A stretch of DNA of 56,695 nucleotides from Candidatus Methylomirabilia bacterium. GTDB taxonomy: Bacteria > Methylomirabilota > Methylomirabilia > Rokubacteriales > CSP1-6. Numbering within the stretch: the stretch's first letter is position 1; each line of letters opens with the position of its first letter. The notes beneath the pieces were generated by a model. That model was given only the letters and a program-made list of their open reading frames with translations, ran no database searches and was not told where the DNA came from. The translations under genes were made by a program, and so were the position numbers. Shown here one piece after another: positions 9,841 to 21,816 of the stretch. The stretch lies in the NCBI GenBank assembly GCA_041496385.1, contig JBGQEL010000019.1, positions 1-56,695 of the forward strand, in the 5' to 3' direction.

Positions 9841-11059
9841 CGCGCCCCCGCGACCCGCGCGAGCGCCGCTTCGAGCGCGGCGATGGCGCGCTCCCAGCCG
9901 TAGCACGATTCGGCGTGCCGACGGCAGTCCGCACGGAGCCGCGCCGCGGCCCCGGCGTCGGCGGCCAGGCTCTCGAGGAGGCGCGCCAGGTCGGCGGCCA
10001 GCGTCTGGGGCTCGAGGTCGCGGAACACGAGCGCGGGCGACAGCGGTGTCAGGATTTCCGGCGTCGCGCCGACCGCCGTCCCGAGCACCGGCGTCCCGCA
10101 GGCCAGCGCCTCGACCGTGACCAGCCCGAAGCCCTCGAGCTCGCGGGTCGGCAGGACGAAGACGTCGGCGGCCTGGTAGAAGGCCGGCAGCGTCACGTCC
10201 GGGATGAAGCCGAGGAAGCGCACGCAGCCGTCGAGCCCGAGCGAGGCGCAGAGCGACTCGAGCTCCGCGCGAAGGGACCCGGTGCCCCCGACCAGCAGCA
10301 TCGCCTCCGGCACGCGCCGCCGGAGCACCGCCATCGCGTGGAGCAGCGCGTCCAGGCCCATGCGGCGCTCGAGGTTCCGCACCGTCAGCAGCAGGGGCCG
10401 GCGCTCGGGCAGCCCGAGCGCGCGGCGGACCTCGCCGCGGTCGGGCGCGGGCCGGAACCGGTCGAGCTCCACCGCGCCCGGGATCCTCACGACGCGCTCC
10501 GCGCCGATGCCGTAGAGCGACGCGAGCTGGCCCGCCGAGAAGTCACTGAGCACGTGGATCAGACGCGCGCGCCGCAGGCACGCGCGCTCGATCAGCCAGA
10601 GCGCGCCGACGCCGAGCCGACCGGCGAGGCCGCCGCGATGGTGGCGCGTCATGCCGAGGCGCGAGCGGTACTCGAGCGGCGCGGGCGAGTAGAAGCTGTA
10701 GAGGACCGGCAGCCGCCGCGCGCCGCGCGCCCGGAGTGCGCCCCAGCCGGCGAGGGGCTGGTGCAGGTGCAGGACGTCGGCGGGGTGCTCGGCGAGGTCG
10801 GCCGCCGCCGCGCGCCGCGCGCCGACGATCGAGCTCACCACGAAGCCCGCGAGCGACCGGCGATCGACCGCGAAGGTGCGGACGTGGACGCCCGCTCGGT
10901 CGAGCCGCTCCACGCCGCCGTCGGGGTTCGCGCGGCTCACGATCCGCACGCGGTGGCCGCGCGCGGCGAGCCGCCAGGCCTGCTCCCAGAGCATCCGCTC
11001 GCCGCCGCCCGCCGGGCGCGCGGGCGACACGTCGGAGACCATGAGCACGCGGAGGCTCG

Positions 11060-11063
<4 letters not shown>
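9837..11063 (-). CDS. Glycosyltransferase family 4
   Basis: GGGER, VRNLERRMG, PTRELEGFGLVTVEALACG; ATGA overlap. Confidence 0.93.
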
Positions 11064-12969
<1,906 letters not shown>

Positions 12970-12970
<1 letters not shown>

Positions 12971-14076
12971 CAGCGACGGCTCCCGGCGACCCGCCGGAGC
13001 AGGTCCAGCACGCGGCCCGCGGTGACCTCCGCGGTGAAGCTCCGGGCGCGCTCGAGACCGTGGCGGCGCAGATCCGCGCGGAGCCCCGCATCCGAGAGGG
13101 CGCGCGCCAGCGCGGCGGCGATCTCGTCGACGCGCTCGGCGTCGGCGACGAGCCCGGCGTCGCCGACGACCTCGGGCAGGGCGCCGCGGTTGGACACGAC
13201 GACCGGTGTCCCGCACGCCATCGCCTCGAGCGCCGGCAGGCCGAAGCCCTCCTCGAGCGACGGCAGGACCGCGACCGTCGCGCCGCCGTAGAGCCCGGGG
13301 AGGTCGCGGTCCTCCACGAGCCCCGCGAAGACCACGCGTCCGGCGACGCCGAGCTCCCGCGCGCGCGCCTCGAGGGGCGGCCGGCCCGCGCGATCGCCGC
13401 CCGCCAGGACGAGCGCGTACGCCGCGCGGAGCGCCTCGGGCAGGGCCGCGTACGCCGCGAGCAGCCGGGGCAGGTTCTTGTGCGGCCGGAAATTCCCGAC
13501 GTAGAGCACGTACGGATCCTCGATCCCATACCGCGCCGCGACGGCCGGGGCGCCGGGCGTGAACTCCGGGCCGAGCGCCACCGGGATCACCGCGACGCGC
13601 GCGGGGTCGATGCCGAGGCGGGTCGCGACCTCGCGGCGCGAGTGCTCCGAATCGGCGACGATCGCCGTCGCGCGGCGCGCGTAGAGGCGCGCCAGCCGCA
13701 GCATCGTGGCGTCGTAGAAGGGCCGCCGCCGGCCAGGGTAGCCGATGAAGAAGAGGTCGTGAATGGTGACCACGACCGGGCACGGCGCCAAGAGCGGGCC
13801 CTTGTAGTAGGGCGACAGGAATACACCCACGCGGTCCTCGCGGAGCGCGCGGGGCAGGCTCACCTGGTCCCAGACCTGCGTCCACGCGCCCGGGAGCACC
13901 CGCGTCGCCACGCCCGGCAGCGCCAGGTCGAACGCCGTGCCGACGTCGCCGTACACGATGCAGGGCCAGCCGGCCCGGGAGATCGCGCCCAGAACCTCCA
14001 CGAGGTAGCGCCGGATCCCGGTGCGCACGCCCGCGCGGAGCTCGCGGCCGTCGACACCGACCGTGGGCCCGCTCAA
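12970..14076 (-). CDS. Glycosyltransferase family 4 (MtfB/WbaZ-like)
   Basis: TGIRRY, VVTIHDL, VGNFRPHKN, EGFGLPALEAMACG; TTGA overlap. Confidence 0.92.
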
Positions 14077-15575
14077 TACTTCCTCACGAGCGCCAGCGCC
14101 AGGGGATCCACGTGGGCGTCGGGGACGTAGAGATCGAACTCGCCGAGCGTCTCGCGGGTGAAGGTCCGTCCCGCGCGCGCCATCTCGCGGGCGAAGACGT
14201 GGCTCGGCTCGGTGCCGGCGAGGAAGACGTACGACGGGCGCGGTGCGGCGGCTACGGCGCGCGTGTAGGGCGGATACCGCTCGACGTTCGTCGGGCCGGC
14301 GACGGGCGACGCGACGATGCGCTCGCGCGTGAGGAACACGAGGGGATACGCGATCGCGTAGTCCGAGTAGACGAACGCCACGCCGCGCGGCGCGAGCGCC
14401 GCGGCGAGCGCCGCGATGTCCGGCTCGGGGACCCCCGCCGCGCGCGCCGTGCCCGCGACGTTGCTCGCGAGGACCACGAGGAGGCCCGTGGCCAGCAGCC
14501 GCCTCGTCCACCCGGTCGTCGACGCCCAGAGCGCGGCGAGCCCGAGCGGCGCCAGGAGATAGAACGGGTAGAGGTGCCGTGGCGCGTCGAGTCCCGACAG
14601 CCAGACGAAGAGCAGCGTGGCGAGGCCGCAGCGGGCGAGGAGCGATCCGCCGAAGCCCGCGCGGCGCGAGGCCGCGCGCGCGGCCGCCGCCACGACCAGG
14701 AGGGCCGCGACGGCAGTCGCCCAGCCAGGGAGGCCGAGGGCCGCCGGGAGGTTCGTGGCGAGGCGCAGCGGGTACCGCGCCAGACGCGCGCCGTAGCCCA
14801 GGGCCTTCTCGCCCAGGAGACCGCCGACGCTCGGCGCGCGCGTCACCTCGCTCGTGGACACCTCGAGGATCCGGGAGCCGAGGCGCAGGGCCGTCGCGCC
14901 CGGGACCAGGACGTTGTAGACGACGAGCGGCGAGACGCCGACGAGAAAGCCCGCCGCGAGAGCGGCCCGCGCGCGCGCGTCGGGCACGACACCCGCCCGG
15001 CGGAGGGTCCAGAGCGCGCCCAGGAACAGCGGGAGGATGAAGAACGACGAGTACGTGCCGAAGCCCGCGGCGGCGCCGAGGCCCCACCAGCGCCCGGCGC
15101 CCGGGCGCTCTTCCGCGTGGAGGCGGGCGACGAGCCAGAGGGTGAGGCCGCCCAGCGCGAGCACCTCCGAATACGCGAGCGCCTGGAGGCCGAAGACGAA
15201 CACCATCGGCGGCCCGGCGGCGAGCCAGAGCCCGCCCACGAGCGCCGGTGTCGCGCCCCACAGCAGCCGTGCCGCCGCGACCAGTGCCGCGATGCCGACG
15301 AGCTCGAGCGGCAGGGTCGCGACGCGCAGGACCGCCGGTGTCGGGCCGAACAACAGGAACGCGGCGGCGCCCAGATAGGACGGGAGCGTGCCGCCGTAGT
15401 GCGCCTCCCAGAAGACCAGCGGGAACGACTCGCCGGCGGCGATCTTCAGCGCCATGAGCCCGACGATCGCGTCGTCGCCGCCGAGCAGGGTGCCCAGGCG
15501 CCAGACGAACGCGACGCGGATCAGCAGCGCGAGGACGAGTACCCCGGCGAGGCGGACGCCCCAGCTAGGACGCAC
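14073..15575 (-). CDS. GT-C (ArnT/PMT-like) membrane glycosyltransferase
   Basis: TM1 then GDDAIVGLMA, HYGG; many TMs; periplasmic C-terminal domain with SDY. Confidence 0.75.
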   Translation of the reverse strand: MRPSWGVRLAGVLVLALLIRVAFVWRLGTLLGGDDAIVGLMALKIAAGESFPLVFWEAHYGGTLPSYLGAAAFLLFGPTPAVLRVATLPLELVGIAALVAAARLLWGATPALVGGLWLAAGPPMVFVFGLQALAYSEVLALGGLTLWLVARLHAEERPGAGRWWGLGAAAGFGTYSSFFILPLFLGALWTLRRAGVVPDARARAALAAGFLVGVSPLVVYNVLVPGATALRLGSRILEVSTSEVTRAPSVGGLLGEKALGYGARLARYPLRLATNLPAALGLPGWATAVAALLVVAAAARAASRRAGFGGSLLARCGLATLLFVWLSGLDAPRHLYPFYLLAPLGLAALWASTTGWTRRLLATGLLVVLASNVAGTARAAGVPEPDIAALAAALAPRGVAFVYSDYAIAYPLVFLTRERIVASPVAGPTNVERYPPYTRAVAAAPRPSYVFLAGTEPSHVFAREMARAGRTFTRETLGEFDLYVPDAHVDPLALALVRKY

Positions 15576-16683
15576 GGCTCACCTCGCGGTACACGCGCTC
15601 CACCGCGGCCGCGTGGCCGGCCGCGCTGAACGTCGTCTCGGCGTGCCGCCGCCCGGCCGCGCCGAGCCGCGTCGCGCGCACGGGATCGGCGAGCAGCTCG
15701 CCCACGGCGGCCGCGAGCGCCCGCGGATCGGCGGGGGGCACGAGCAGCCCGGTCTCGCCGTGGACGACGATCTCTGGAACGCCGCCCGCGTCGGTCGCGA
15801 CCACCGCCCGGGCCATCGCCATCGCCTCGATGAGCACGCGGCCGAAGTGCTCGGCGAGAGACGGCAGGACGAACAGGTCCCCGGCCGCGAGGAGCTCCGG
15901 CACCTCCTCGCGCCAGCCGGTGAAGTGCACACGCCCGGCGAGCCCGAGGCGGCGCGCCTGGGCCTCCAGCTCTGCCCGGAGCTCGCCCTCGCCGGCGAGG
16001 ACCCAGTGGACGCCCGGGCGCGCCGCCTCCAGCACGGCCGCGGCGTCGAGGAGGTGCGTGTAGCCCTTGAACGCGACGAACCGGCCCACGGAGACGACGA
16101 CGGGCGTTCCTGGTGGAACGCCGAGGGTGGCGCGGAGCGCCTGCGACACGGGACGCGGGGCGAAGCGGGTCAGGTCCACGCCGTTCGGGACGACGCGGAG
16201 CTTTCGCGCGAGCGCCCGCGGGAACCGGCGCGCGACCGCCCGCGAGATCACGATCACGCGGTCGGCGAGGGCGCCGAGGGCCCGGTCGAGCAGCGGGTCG
16301 CGCTCGGCGATCCGCACGTGCCAGACGACGGGCCGGCGCGCGACCCGGCCCGCGACGCCCCCGTACGCCATCGCGCGGGAGCCGTTGGCGTGGATCAGCG
16401 CCGCGCCCGTCGCCGCCGCGAGTCGCGCGAGCGCGCGGACGCTCCGCAGCAGCGCCGGCCCCGGCCGTCTGAGGGTCGGGAGCGGGACCACGTGCACGGG
16501 GAGGCCGAGCGCGCGCGCGCGCGCCGCCACCGCGCCCTCCTCGGGCACCGCGACGACGGCGGCCCAGCGCGCGCGGTCGAGCGCGCCCAGCAGGAGCAGA
16601 AGGCTCTCCTCGCCGCCCCCGACGACGTGGCCGTGGTTCGACACGACCAGCACCGGCACCGGGGACTCCGTTCGCTCACTCAC
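15565..16683 (-). CDS. Glycosyltransferase family 4
   Basis: GGGEESL, VPNGVD, GRFVAFKG, EHFGRVLIEAMA. Confidence 0.92.
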   Translation of the reverse strand: MSERTESPVPVLVVSNHGHVVGGGEESLLLLLGALDRARWAAVVAVPEEGAVAARARALGLPVHVVPLPTLRRPGPALLRSVRALARLAAATGAALIHANGSRAMAYGGVAGRVARRPVVWHVRIAERDPLLDRALGALADRVIVISRAVARRFPRALARKLRVVPNGVDLTRFAPRPVSQALRATLGVPPGTPVVVSVGRFVAFKGYTHLLDAAAVLEAARPGVHWVLAGEGELRAELEAQARRLGLAGRVHFTGWREEVPELLAAGDLFVLPSLAEHFGRVLIEAMAMARAVVATDAGGVPEIVVHGETGLLVPPADPRALAAAVGELLADPVRATRLGAAGRRHAETTFSAAGHAAAVERVYREVSRAS

Positions 16684-18106
16684 GCTCGCGGACCACGAGC
16701 ACGCGAAGCCGCTCGGCCGGCGGCGCATCGAAGTCGCGGAGCACCTCGAGCCCCGGCGGCGGCGGTGCCCAGACGAGGGGCAACAACCGCGGACGGTCGT
16801 ACGGCAGCTCGCGACTGTCGAGGACGATGAGGCGCGCGCCCGCGCGGCGCGCGGCGGCCGGCAGCGCCTCCGGTCCGACGCGCGGCAGCGGCGCGGCGCG
16901 GCGGCCGCTGTAGAACGCGACGAAGGGCTTCCGGTCGAGGAGCACCGTCTCGGCGGGTTGGGTCTCGGCGACCCACTTCGCGGCCTGCCGGTAGAGCGCG
17001 GCCCCGGCGTCGGGACGCAGGACTGGACGGAGCGCGAATGGCAGCGCCGCGAGCGCGACGCCGAGCGTGAGCGCCAGCGCGAGCCGTGGCCGGTACCGCT
17101 CGGCGACGAGGGCGCCCGCCGCCCAGATCGCGCCCGCCGCGGCGAACGGCAGGAGAAAGGGCAGCACGGGAAAAAAGAAGCGCGACTCGATGTGGAACGC
17201 GAGGGCGGCGAACGGCGGCAGGCACGCCGCCAGCAGCACGCCGTCGCGCCCGAGCCACCCGGGGCGGCGCGCGCGCGCGATCACACCCGGCAGCACGAGC
17301 AGGGCGAACGCTGCCGGGAGAAGCTCGGGGAGCGCGTACTTCTCGAAGAGGTACGCGTTCTCGAGGAGACGCCACGGCCACGAGCTCGGCGCGCCGGCCG
17401 TCCCCTGCTCGAGAGCGAGGTTGTGAGCCAGCTTGCCGCTGAGCGTCCAGCGTCCCTGCGAGCCGCGCAGATAGACCAGATACGGCGCGGCCACGAGGAG
17501 CCAGGCCGCGAGGGCTCCCCCGCCCCAGGCCGCGAGCGCGCGGGCGCGGCCGAGGTCGCCGGCCGTCACGAGCGCCACGGCGGCGAGCAGGCCGACCAGG
17601 TAGGCCACGCCCTCCGGCCGCGCGAGGTACGCGAGGCCGAACAGCGCGCCCGCGACGGGGAGCCACGCGGGCGGGCCCGCGGTGAGCCCCCGCCGGCCCG
17701 TCCAGATCCCGCAGGCCAGCGCGAGCGCGTACAGCGCCTCGGGCATCACGGCCGTGCCCGCCCGGACGAGCGCCGGGTGCACCGCGACGAGGATCGCCGC
17801 GAGGCGCGCGACGTCCTCGCCCAGGAGGGACCGCGTGAGGGCCCAGGTGACGATCACCAGGAGGGCTCCGGCGACCGCCGAGACGAGCCGGCCCGCCAGC
17901 TCCCAGTCGCCGGCGAGCGGCTCGACGAGCGCGATCGCGAGGGGATAGAGCGGATGAAAGAGCGGATCGAACGGCGGGCCGCCCGCGCGGAGCTGGCGCG
18001 CGAGCGTGACGTAGGTCACCCCGTCGGTGTCGATCACCGGCAGCGCCCCGAGGACCCAGACGCGCAGGGCGAACGCGAGCACGGCGAGCCCGAGCGCCAG
18101 GCTCAC
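16676..18106 (-). CDS. GT-C (ArnT/PMT-like) membrane glycosyltransferase
   Basis: DTDGVTY, HPLYP, PEALY, LAYLARPEG, SRFFFP; multi-TM; GTGA overlap. Confidence 0.8.
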   Translation of the reverse strand: MSLALGLAVLAFALRVWVLGALPVIDTDGVTYVTLARQLRAGGPPFDPLFHPLYPLAIALVEPLAGDWELAGRLVSAVAGALLVIVTWALTRSLLGEDVARLAAILVAVHPALVRAGTAVMPEALYALALACGIWTGRRGLTAGPPAWLPVAGALFGLAYLARPEGVAYLVGLLAAVALVTAGDLGRARALAAWGGGALAAWLLVAAPYLVYLRGSQGRWTLSGKLAHNLALEQGTAGAPSSWPWRLLENAYLFEKYALPELLPAAFALLVLPGVIARARRPGWLGRDGVLLAACLPPFAALAFHIESRFFFPVLPFLLPFAAAGAIWAAGALVAERYRPRLALALTLGVALAALPFALRPVLRPDAGAALYRQAAKWVAETQPAETVLLDRKPFVAFYSGRRAAPLPRVGPEALPAAARRAGARLIVLDSRELPYDRPRLLPLVWAPPPPGLEVLRDFDAPPAERLRVLVVRERE

Positions 18107-19221
18107 GCCGCCCTCCGCGCGAGGGCGGCGTAGAGCGCGAGCGTCGCCTTCGCGCTGTCGGCCCACGACCACGCCGAGTCCGCCAGCACGGTGGCCGCGG
18201 CGGCCATGCGCGCGGCGCCCGCGGGATCGGCGAGGACGTCGCCCAGCGCGGCCGCGAGCGCGCGCGCGTCGCCGGGCGGCACGAGCCGGCCCGTCAGACC
18301 GTTGGTGAGGAACTCGCCGAAGCAGCCCACCGCGGTCGCGACGACGGGCGTGCCCATGCGACAGGCGAGCCGGAGCGAGCCGCTGTCGGTGATGCCCGTG
18401 TAGTTGAAGACGGCCACGTCCGCCGCCGCGAAGTATCCGGGCACGGCGTCCGCCGGCACGTAGCCCGGCCGGAAGACGACGGCCTCCTCGACGCCCGCGC
18501 GGATGATCGCCTCGCGGTACTCGCCCTCCGTCCCGGCCAGGAGCGGACCGGCCACGACGAGCCGCGCGGCGGGATGCCGGGCGCGGAGCGCGGGCAGCGC
18601 CGCGATCACCTCGAGGAGCCCCTTGTAGGGGCGGATCGCGCCGAAGGCGAGCACGACGCTCGCGTCCGCCGGAAGCCCGAGCCGCGCGCGCGCGGCGCCG
18701 CGCGCCCGCGGGTCCGCGCCCGCGAAGATCGCCCAGTCGCCCATCCGGATCAGCTCGATCCGGGCGCGCGCCCCGAGCCGCCGGCGCGTCTCGGCGAGCG
18801 CCTCCTCGGTGTGGACCACGACGGCGTCGGCGGTGGCGAGGCACCGCCAGAGGGTCCAGTCGTCCCAGCGGATGCGCTCGTGGCTCCGCAGATTGTGGAC
18901 CGTCATCACCATCGGGACGCGCCGGCGGACGATCGGCCAGAGCAGCGCGTCGAGGCGCGTCGACAGGAGGCTCTGCACGTGCACGACGGCGGGCCGCTCC
19001 TGCGTCAGCCGGTGCCGGAGCGCGCGCGCGTTGCCGAGCCAGCCCGCGTCGGGCGGGAAGCACCGCGCGACGGCGAAGGCGCGCGGCAGGCCGTCGAGCT
19101 CGTACGCCCCATTGGTGAGGAGCGAGACGTCGGCGCCGGCGCCCGCGAGCGCGGCGCACAGGCTCCAGGCGTAGTGGGCGATGCCGCCCCAGCCGCCGGT
19201 CTCGACCATCGCGACCTTCAC
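18103..19221 (-). CDS. Glycosyltransferase family 4
   Basis: GGIAHY, FGAIRPYKG, ITDSG..GTPVV. Confidence 0.9.
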   Translation of the reverse strand: MKVAMVETGGWGGIAHYAWSLCAALAGAGADVSLLTNGAYELDGLPRAFAVARCFPPDAGWLGNARALRHRLTQERPAVVHVQSLLSTRLDALLWPIVRRRVPMVMTVHNLRSHERIRWDDWTLWRCLATADAVVVHTEEALAETRRRLGARARIELIRMGDWAIFAGADPRARGAARARLGLPADASVVLAFGAIRPYKGLLEVIAALPALRARHPAARLVVAGPLLAGTEGEYREAIIRAGVEEAVVFRPGYVPADAVPGYFAAADVAVFNYTGITDSGSLRLACRMGTPVVATAVGCFGEFLTNGLTGRLVPPGDARALAAALGDVLADPAGAARMAAAATVLADSAWSWADSAKATLALYAALARRAA

Positions 19222-19236
19222 GGCAGGCGCTCGTTC

Positions 19237-20190
19237 CTACACTGCCATAGAAGGGCGGAGGAGCAGGCATATCAACGCGCGGAGGAGCCTGGCGCAGGCG
19301 CCTTCCTTCTCGCGCAGGCGCGCCGCGCGCCCGCGGTCGAGCGGCGGGTACTTGAGCGGGAGCACCGCCATGCGGCCCAGCGTGGCGAGCGCCACCGCCG
19401 TCGCCAGCGCGGTCGCCGAGACGCGTCCGTGGTGCTTGGCGAAGTAGCGGAGGTAGCTCAGGTAGTACGCCACCTGGCGCGCGGAGGTCTGGAGCGTGCT
19501 GGCGCCGTGCCGGTGGACGGCGCGCGCCGCGGGGCAGAAGGCGACGTCGAGGCCCGTGTCGTGGAGACGCCGGCAGAGGTCGGTCTCCTCGAAGTACATC
19601 CAGAAGCCCTCGTCGAAGCCGCCGAGCCGCCGGAACGCCTCGCCGCGGATCAGCATGACCGAGCCGGAGACGGTGTCCACGCTCGCCTCCCGCGAGAGGT
19701 CGCGATCGGCGTAGTAGAAGCGCCGCGCCCACGGGTTCCGCGGCGCCAGCGAGTGGATCCCGAGGAGCTCGCCCAGCGCGACACCGAGCGAGGGAAAGCG
19801 CTTGCAGGAGGCCTGCGGCGCGCCGTCCGGGTACGCGAGCGCGGGGCCGGCGAGCGCGCACGCGGGGTGCGCGCGGAGGAACTCGCGCAGCGTCCCCAGG
19901 CAGCCGGGATCGAGGACGACGTCGGCGTTCATCGCGCAGAGGTGCGCCGAGGGGTGCGCCCGCGCCGCGCGGTTGATCGCCGCGCCGTAGCCCGGGTTGT
20001 CGGCGTTCACGAGCACCGTGACGTCGGCGAAGGCCGCGCGCACGGCGTCGGGCGTGCCATCGGCGGAGCCGTTGTCCGCGAGGATGACGATGGCGTCGAG
20101 GCCCGCCGTTGCGGTGCGAGCGGCGGTGAGCGCCGTGAGCGTGAGGTCGCGCGTGTTGTAGCTCACGACGACCACCGCGGTGTCGATCAT
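19237..20190 (-). CDS. Glycosyltransferase family 2 (WbbL-like)
   Basis: VVSYNT, DNGSADG, NPGYGAAIN, GGFDEGFWMYFEETDLC. Confidence 0.92.
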   Translation of the reverse strand: MIDTAVVVVSYNTRDLTLTALTAARTATAGLDAIVILADNGSADGTPDAVRAAFADVTVLVNADNPGYGAAINRAARAHPSAHLCAMNADVVLDPGCLGTLREFLRAHPACALAGPALAYPDGAPQASCKRFPSLGVALGELLGIHSLAPRNPWARRFYYADRDLSREASVDTVSGSVMLIRGEAFRRLGGFDEGFWMYFEETDLCRRLHDTGLDVAFCPAARAVHRHGASTLQTSARQVAYYLSYLRYFAKHHGRVSATALATAVALATLGRMAVLPLKYPPLDRGRAARLREKEGACARLLRALICLLLRPSMAV

Positions 20191-20209
20191 GCGCCGGCGC
20201 GGCGCCCGC

Positions 20210-21109
20210 TCATCCGCGCCACGCCAAGAGCGCGCTCGCCAGCAGGCGCAGCGGCGCGCGGCGCTGCCACGGCACCCGGCGGACCGACGCCGCGAACCGC
20301 CGGCGCGCCTCGAGCCAGTCGCCCCGCGCGTACGCCTCGTCGCCGAAGCGATTGTGCGAGTCGGCGACGATCCGGCGGCCCGGGAGGCCGAGCCCGGCCA
20401 ATGCCTGCGGGTGGCGCCGGACGAGCCCGTCCAGCACGCGGTAGCGGTTCCGGTCCATCCGCGCGCGATCCTGGCTCATCCCCTCCTTGCGCACGCGGTA
20501 GGTCGCGAGGACGCGCGGCGAATAGCGCGCCTCGGCGACGAGCGCCAGGCGCAGCCAGAGGTCCCAGTCTTCGAGGGCGTCGAGGCGCTCGTCGAAGAGG
20601 CCCGCCGCGTCGAGCGCCGAGCGGCGCACGAGCGGCGCGATCGCCGGAATGAAGTTGCCGCGGATCAGCTCGGCGAAGAGCCGGCCGTCGAGGCGGCGCG
20701 ACCGGTAGGCGAAGCGTTCGGACGTGGTCGTCGCGACCCCCGTGGCCTCCTCCTCGAGGCGAACGTCACAGTAGGTCCAGCCGGCGCCGGCGGCGGCGCC
20801 CTCGAGGAGCGCGACCTGCTCGGCGAGCTTCGTGGGGGCGAGCACATCGTCGGCGTCGAGGAACGCGACGTACGCGCCCCGGCTCACGGCGAGGCCCGCG
20901 TTGCGCGCGGCCGGCAGCCCCCGGTTGGACTGACGCACGACGCGGATCCGGTCGCCGTACGCCGCCAGCACCTCCGGCGTGTCGTCCGTGGAGCCGTCGT
21001 CGACCACGATCACCTCGACGTCCCGGAGCGTCTGGGCGAGCGCGCTCCCGAGCGCGTCGGGCAGGTGGCGCGCGTGGTTGAACGTCGCCACGACCAGGCT
21101 GACGCTCAC
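20210..21109 (-). CDS. Glycosyltransferase family 2
   Basis: VVDDGSTD, ARNAG, FLDADD, EDWDLWLR. Confidence 0.93.
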   Translation of the reverse strand: MSVSLVVATFNHARHLPDALGSALAQTLRDVEVIVVDDGSTDDTPEVLAAYGDRIRVVRQSNRGLPAARNAGLAVSRGAYVAFLDADDVLAPTKLAEQVALLEGAAAGAGWTYCDVRLEEEATGVATTTSERFAYRSRRLDGRLFAELIRGNFIPAIAPLVRRSALDAAGLFDERLDALEDWDLWLRLALVAEARYSPRVLATYRVRKEGMSQDRARMDRNRYRVLDGLVRRHPQALAGLGLPGRRIVADSHNRFGDEAYARGDWLEARRRFAASVRRVPWQRRAPLRLLASALLAWRG

Positions 21110-21747
21110 CTCCGGATCTCGTAGACGATGTTCTCGCGGTCCCCCCAGCGAAAGCGCGGGTCGCTCGTCCCCTGCCGCGGGTGTACGCGCACCTCGCCGG
21201 GCGGCGGCAGGAGCCCGTTCAGCAGGTGATCGACGAAGCGTCCGAGGTCGTAGGTGTGCGTGTAGAAGCCGCGCTCGAAGCGCTCGTCACGCTTGCGCCG
21301 GAGGGTGAGCGGCCGCGGCGGCAGGTAGAAAACGATGACGAGCTTGCGCGTCGCGCGGTCCCACATGCGCTGGACCGCGGGGACGTAGTCGGGCAGGTGC
21401 TCGAGGATGTGGCGGCAGAGGACGGCGTCGAACGTCCGCCCCAGCCGGTCGAGGTCGTAGAGCGACAGCTCCCGGAACCGCTCCGCCGCGTCGGGGAAGC
21501 GCCGGCGCGCCGCCTCGACGAACTGGGGCGTCGCGTCGACGCCGAGGTAGTCGAGGTCGGGCCGCGCCTCGCGGACCAGCTCGAACATCACGCCCGTGCC
21601 GCAGCCCACGTCGAGCACCGAGCGCATCCCCTCGAGCAGCGCCAGGGCCTTGGCGCGCGACGGATGCTCGCGGCCCTCGTGGCCGACGCGCAGAAAGTCG
21701 CTGACCTGTTGGGGCGTGAACCGGCGCCACGATTCTCTAAGCCTCAC
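21106..21747 (-). CDS. Class I SAM-dependent methyltransferase
   Basis: VLDVGCGTG, GVD, FDAV..HILEHL; RBS GGAGG. Confidence 0.88.
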   Translation of the reverse strand: MRLRESWRRFTPQQVSDFLRVGHEGREHPSRAKALALLEGMRSVLDVGCGTGVMFELVREARPDLDYLGVDATPQFVEAARRRFPDAAERFRELSLYDLDRLGRTFDAVLCRHILEHLPDYVPAVQRMWDRATRKLVIVFYLPPRPLTLRRKRDERFERGFYTHTYDLGRFVDHLLNGLLPPPGEVRVHPRQGTSDPRFRWGDRENIVYEIRR

Positions 21748-21816
21748 GCGTGTCCTCCCTCGGCGCGCGCCGCCGCGCCCGCAACCGACGCGGTCCAGGG
21801 CTCGAGCCCCACCGCC

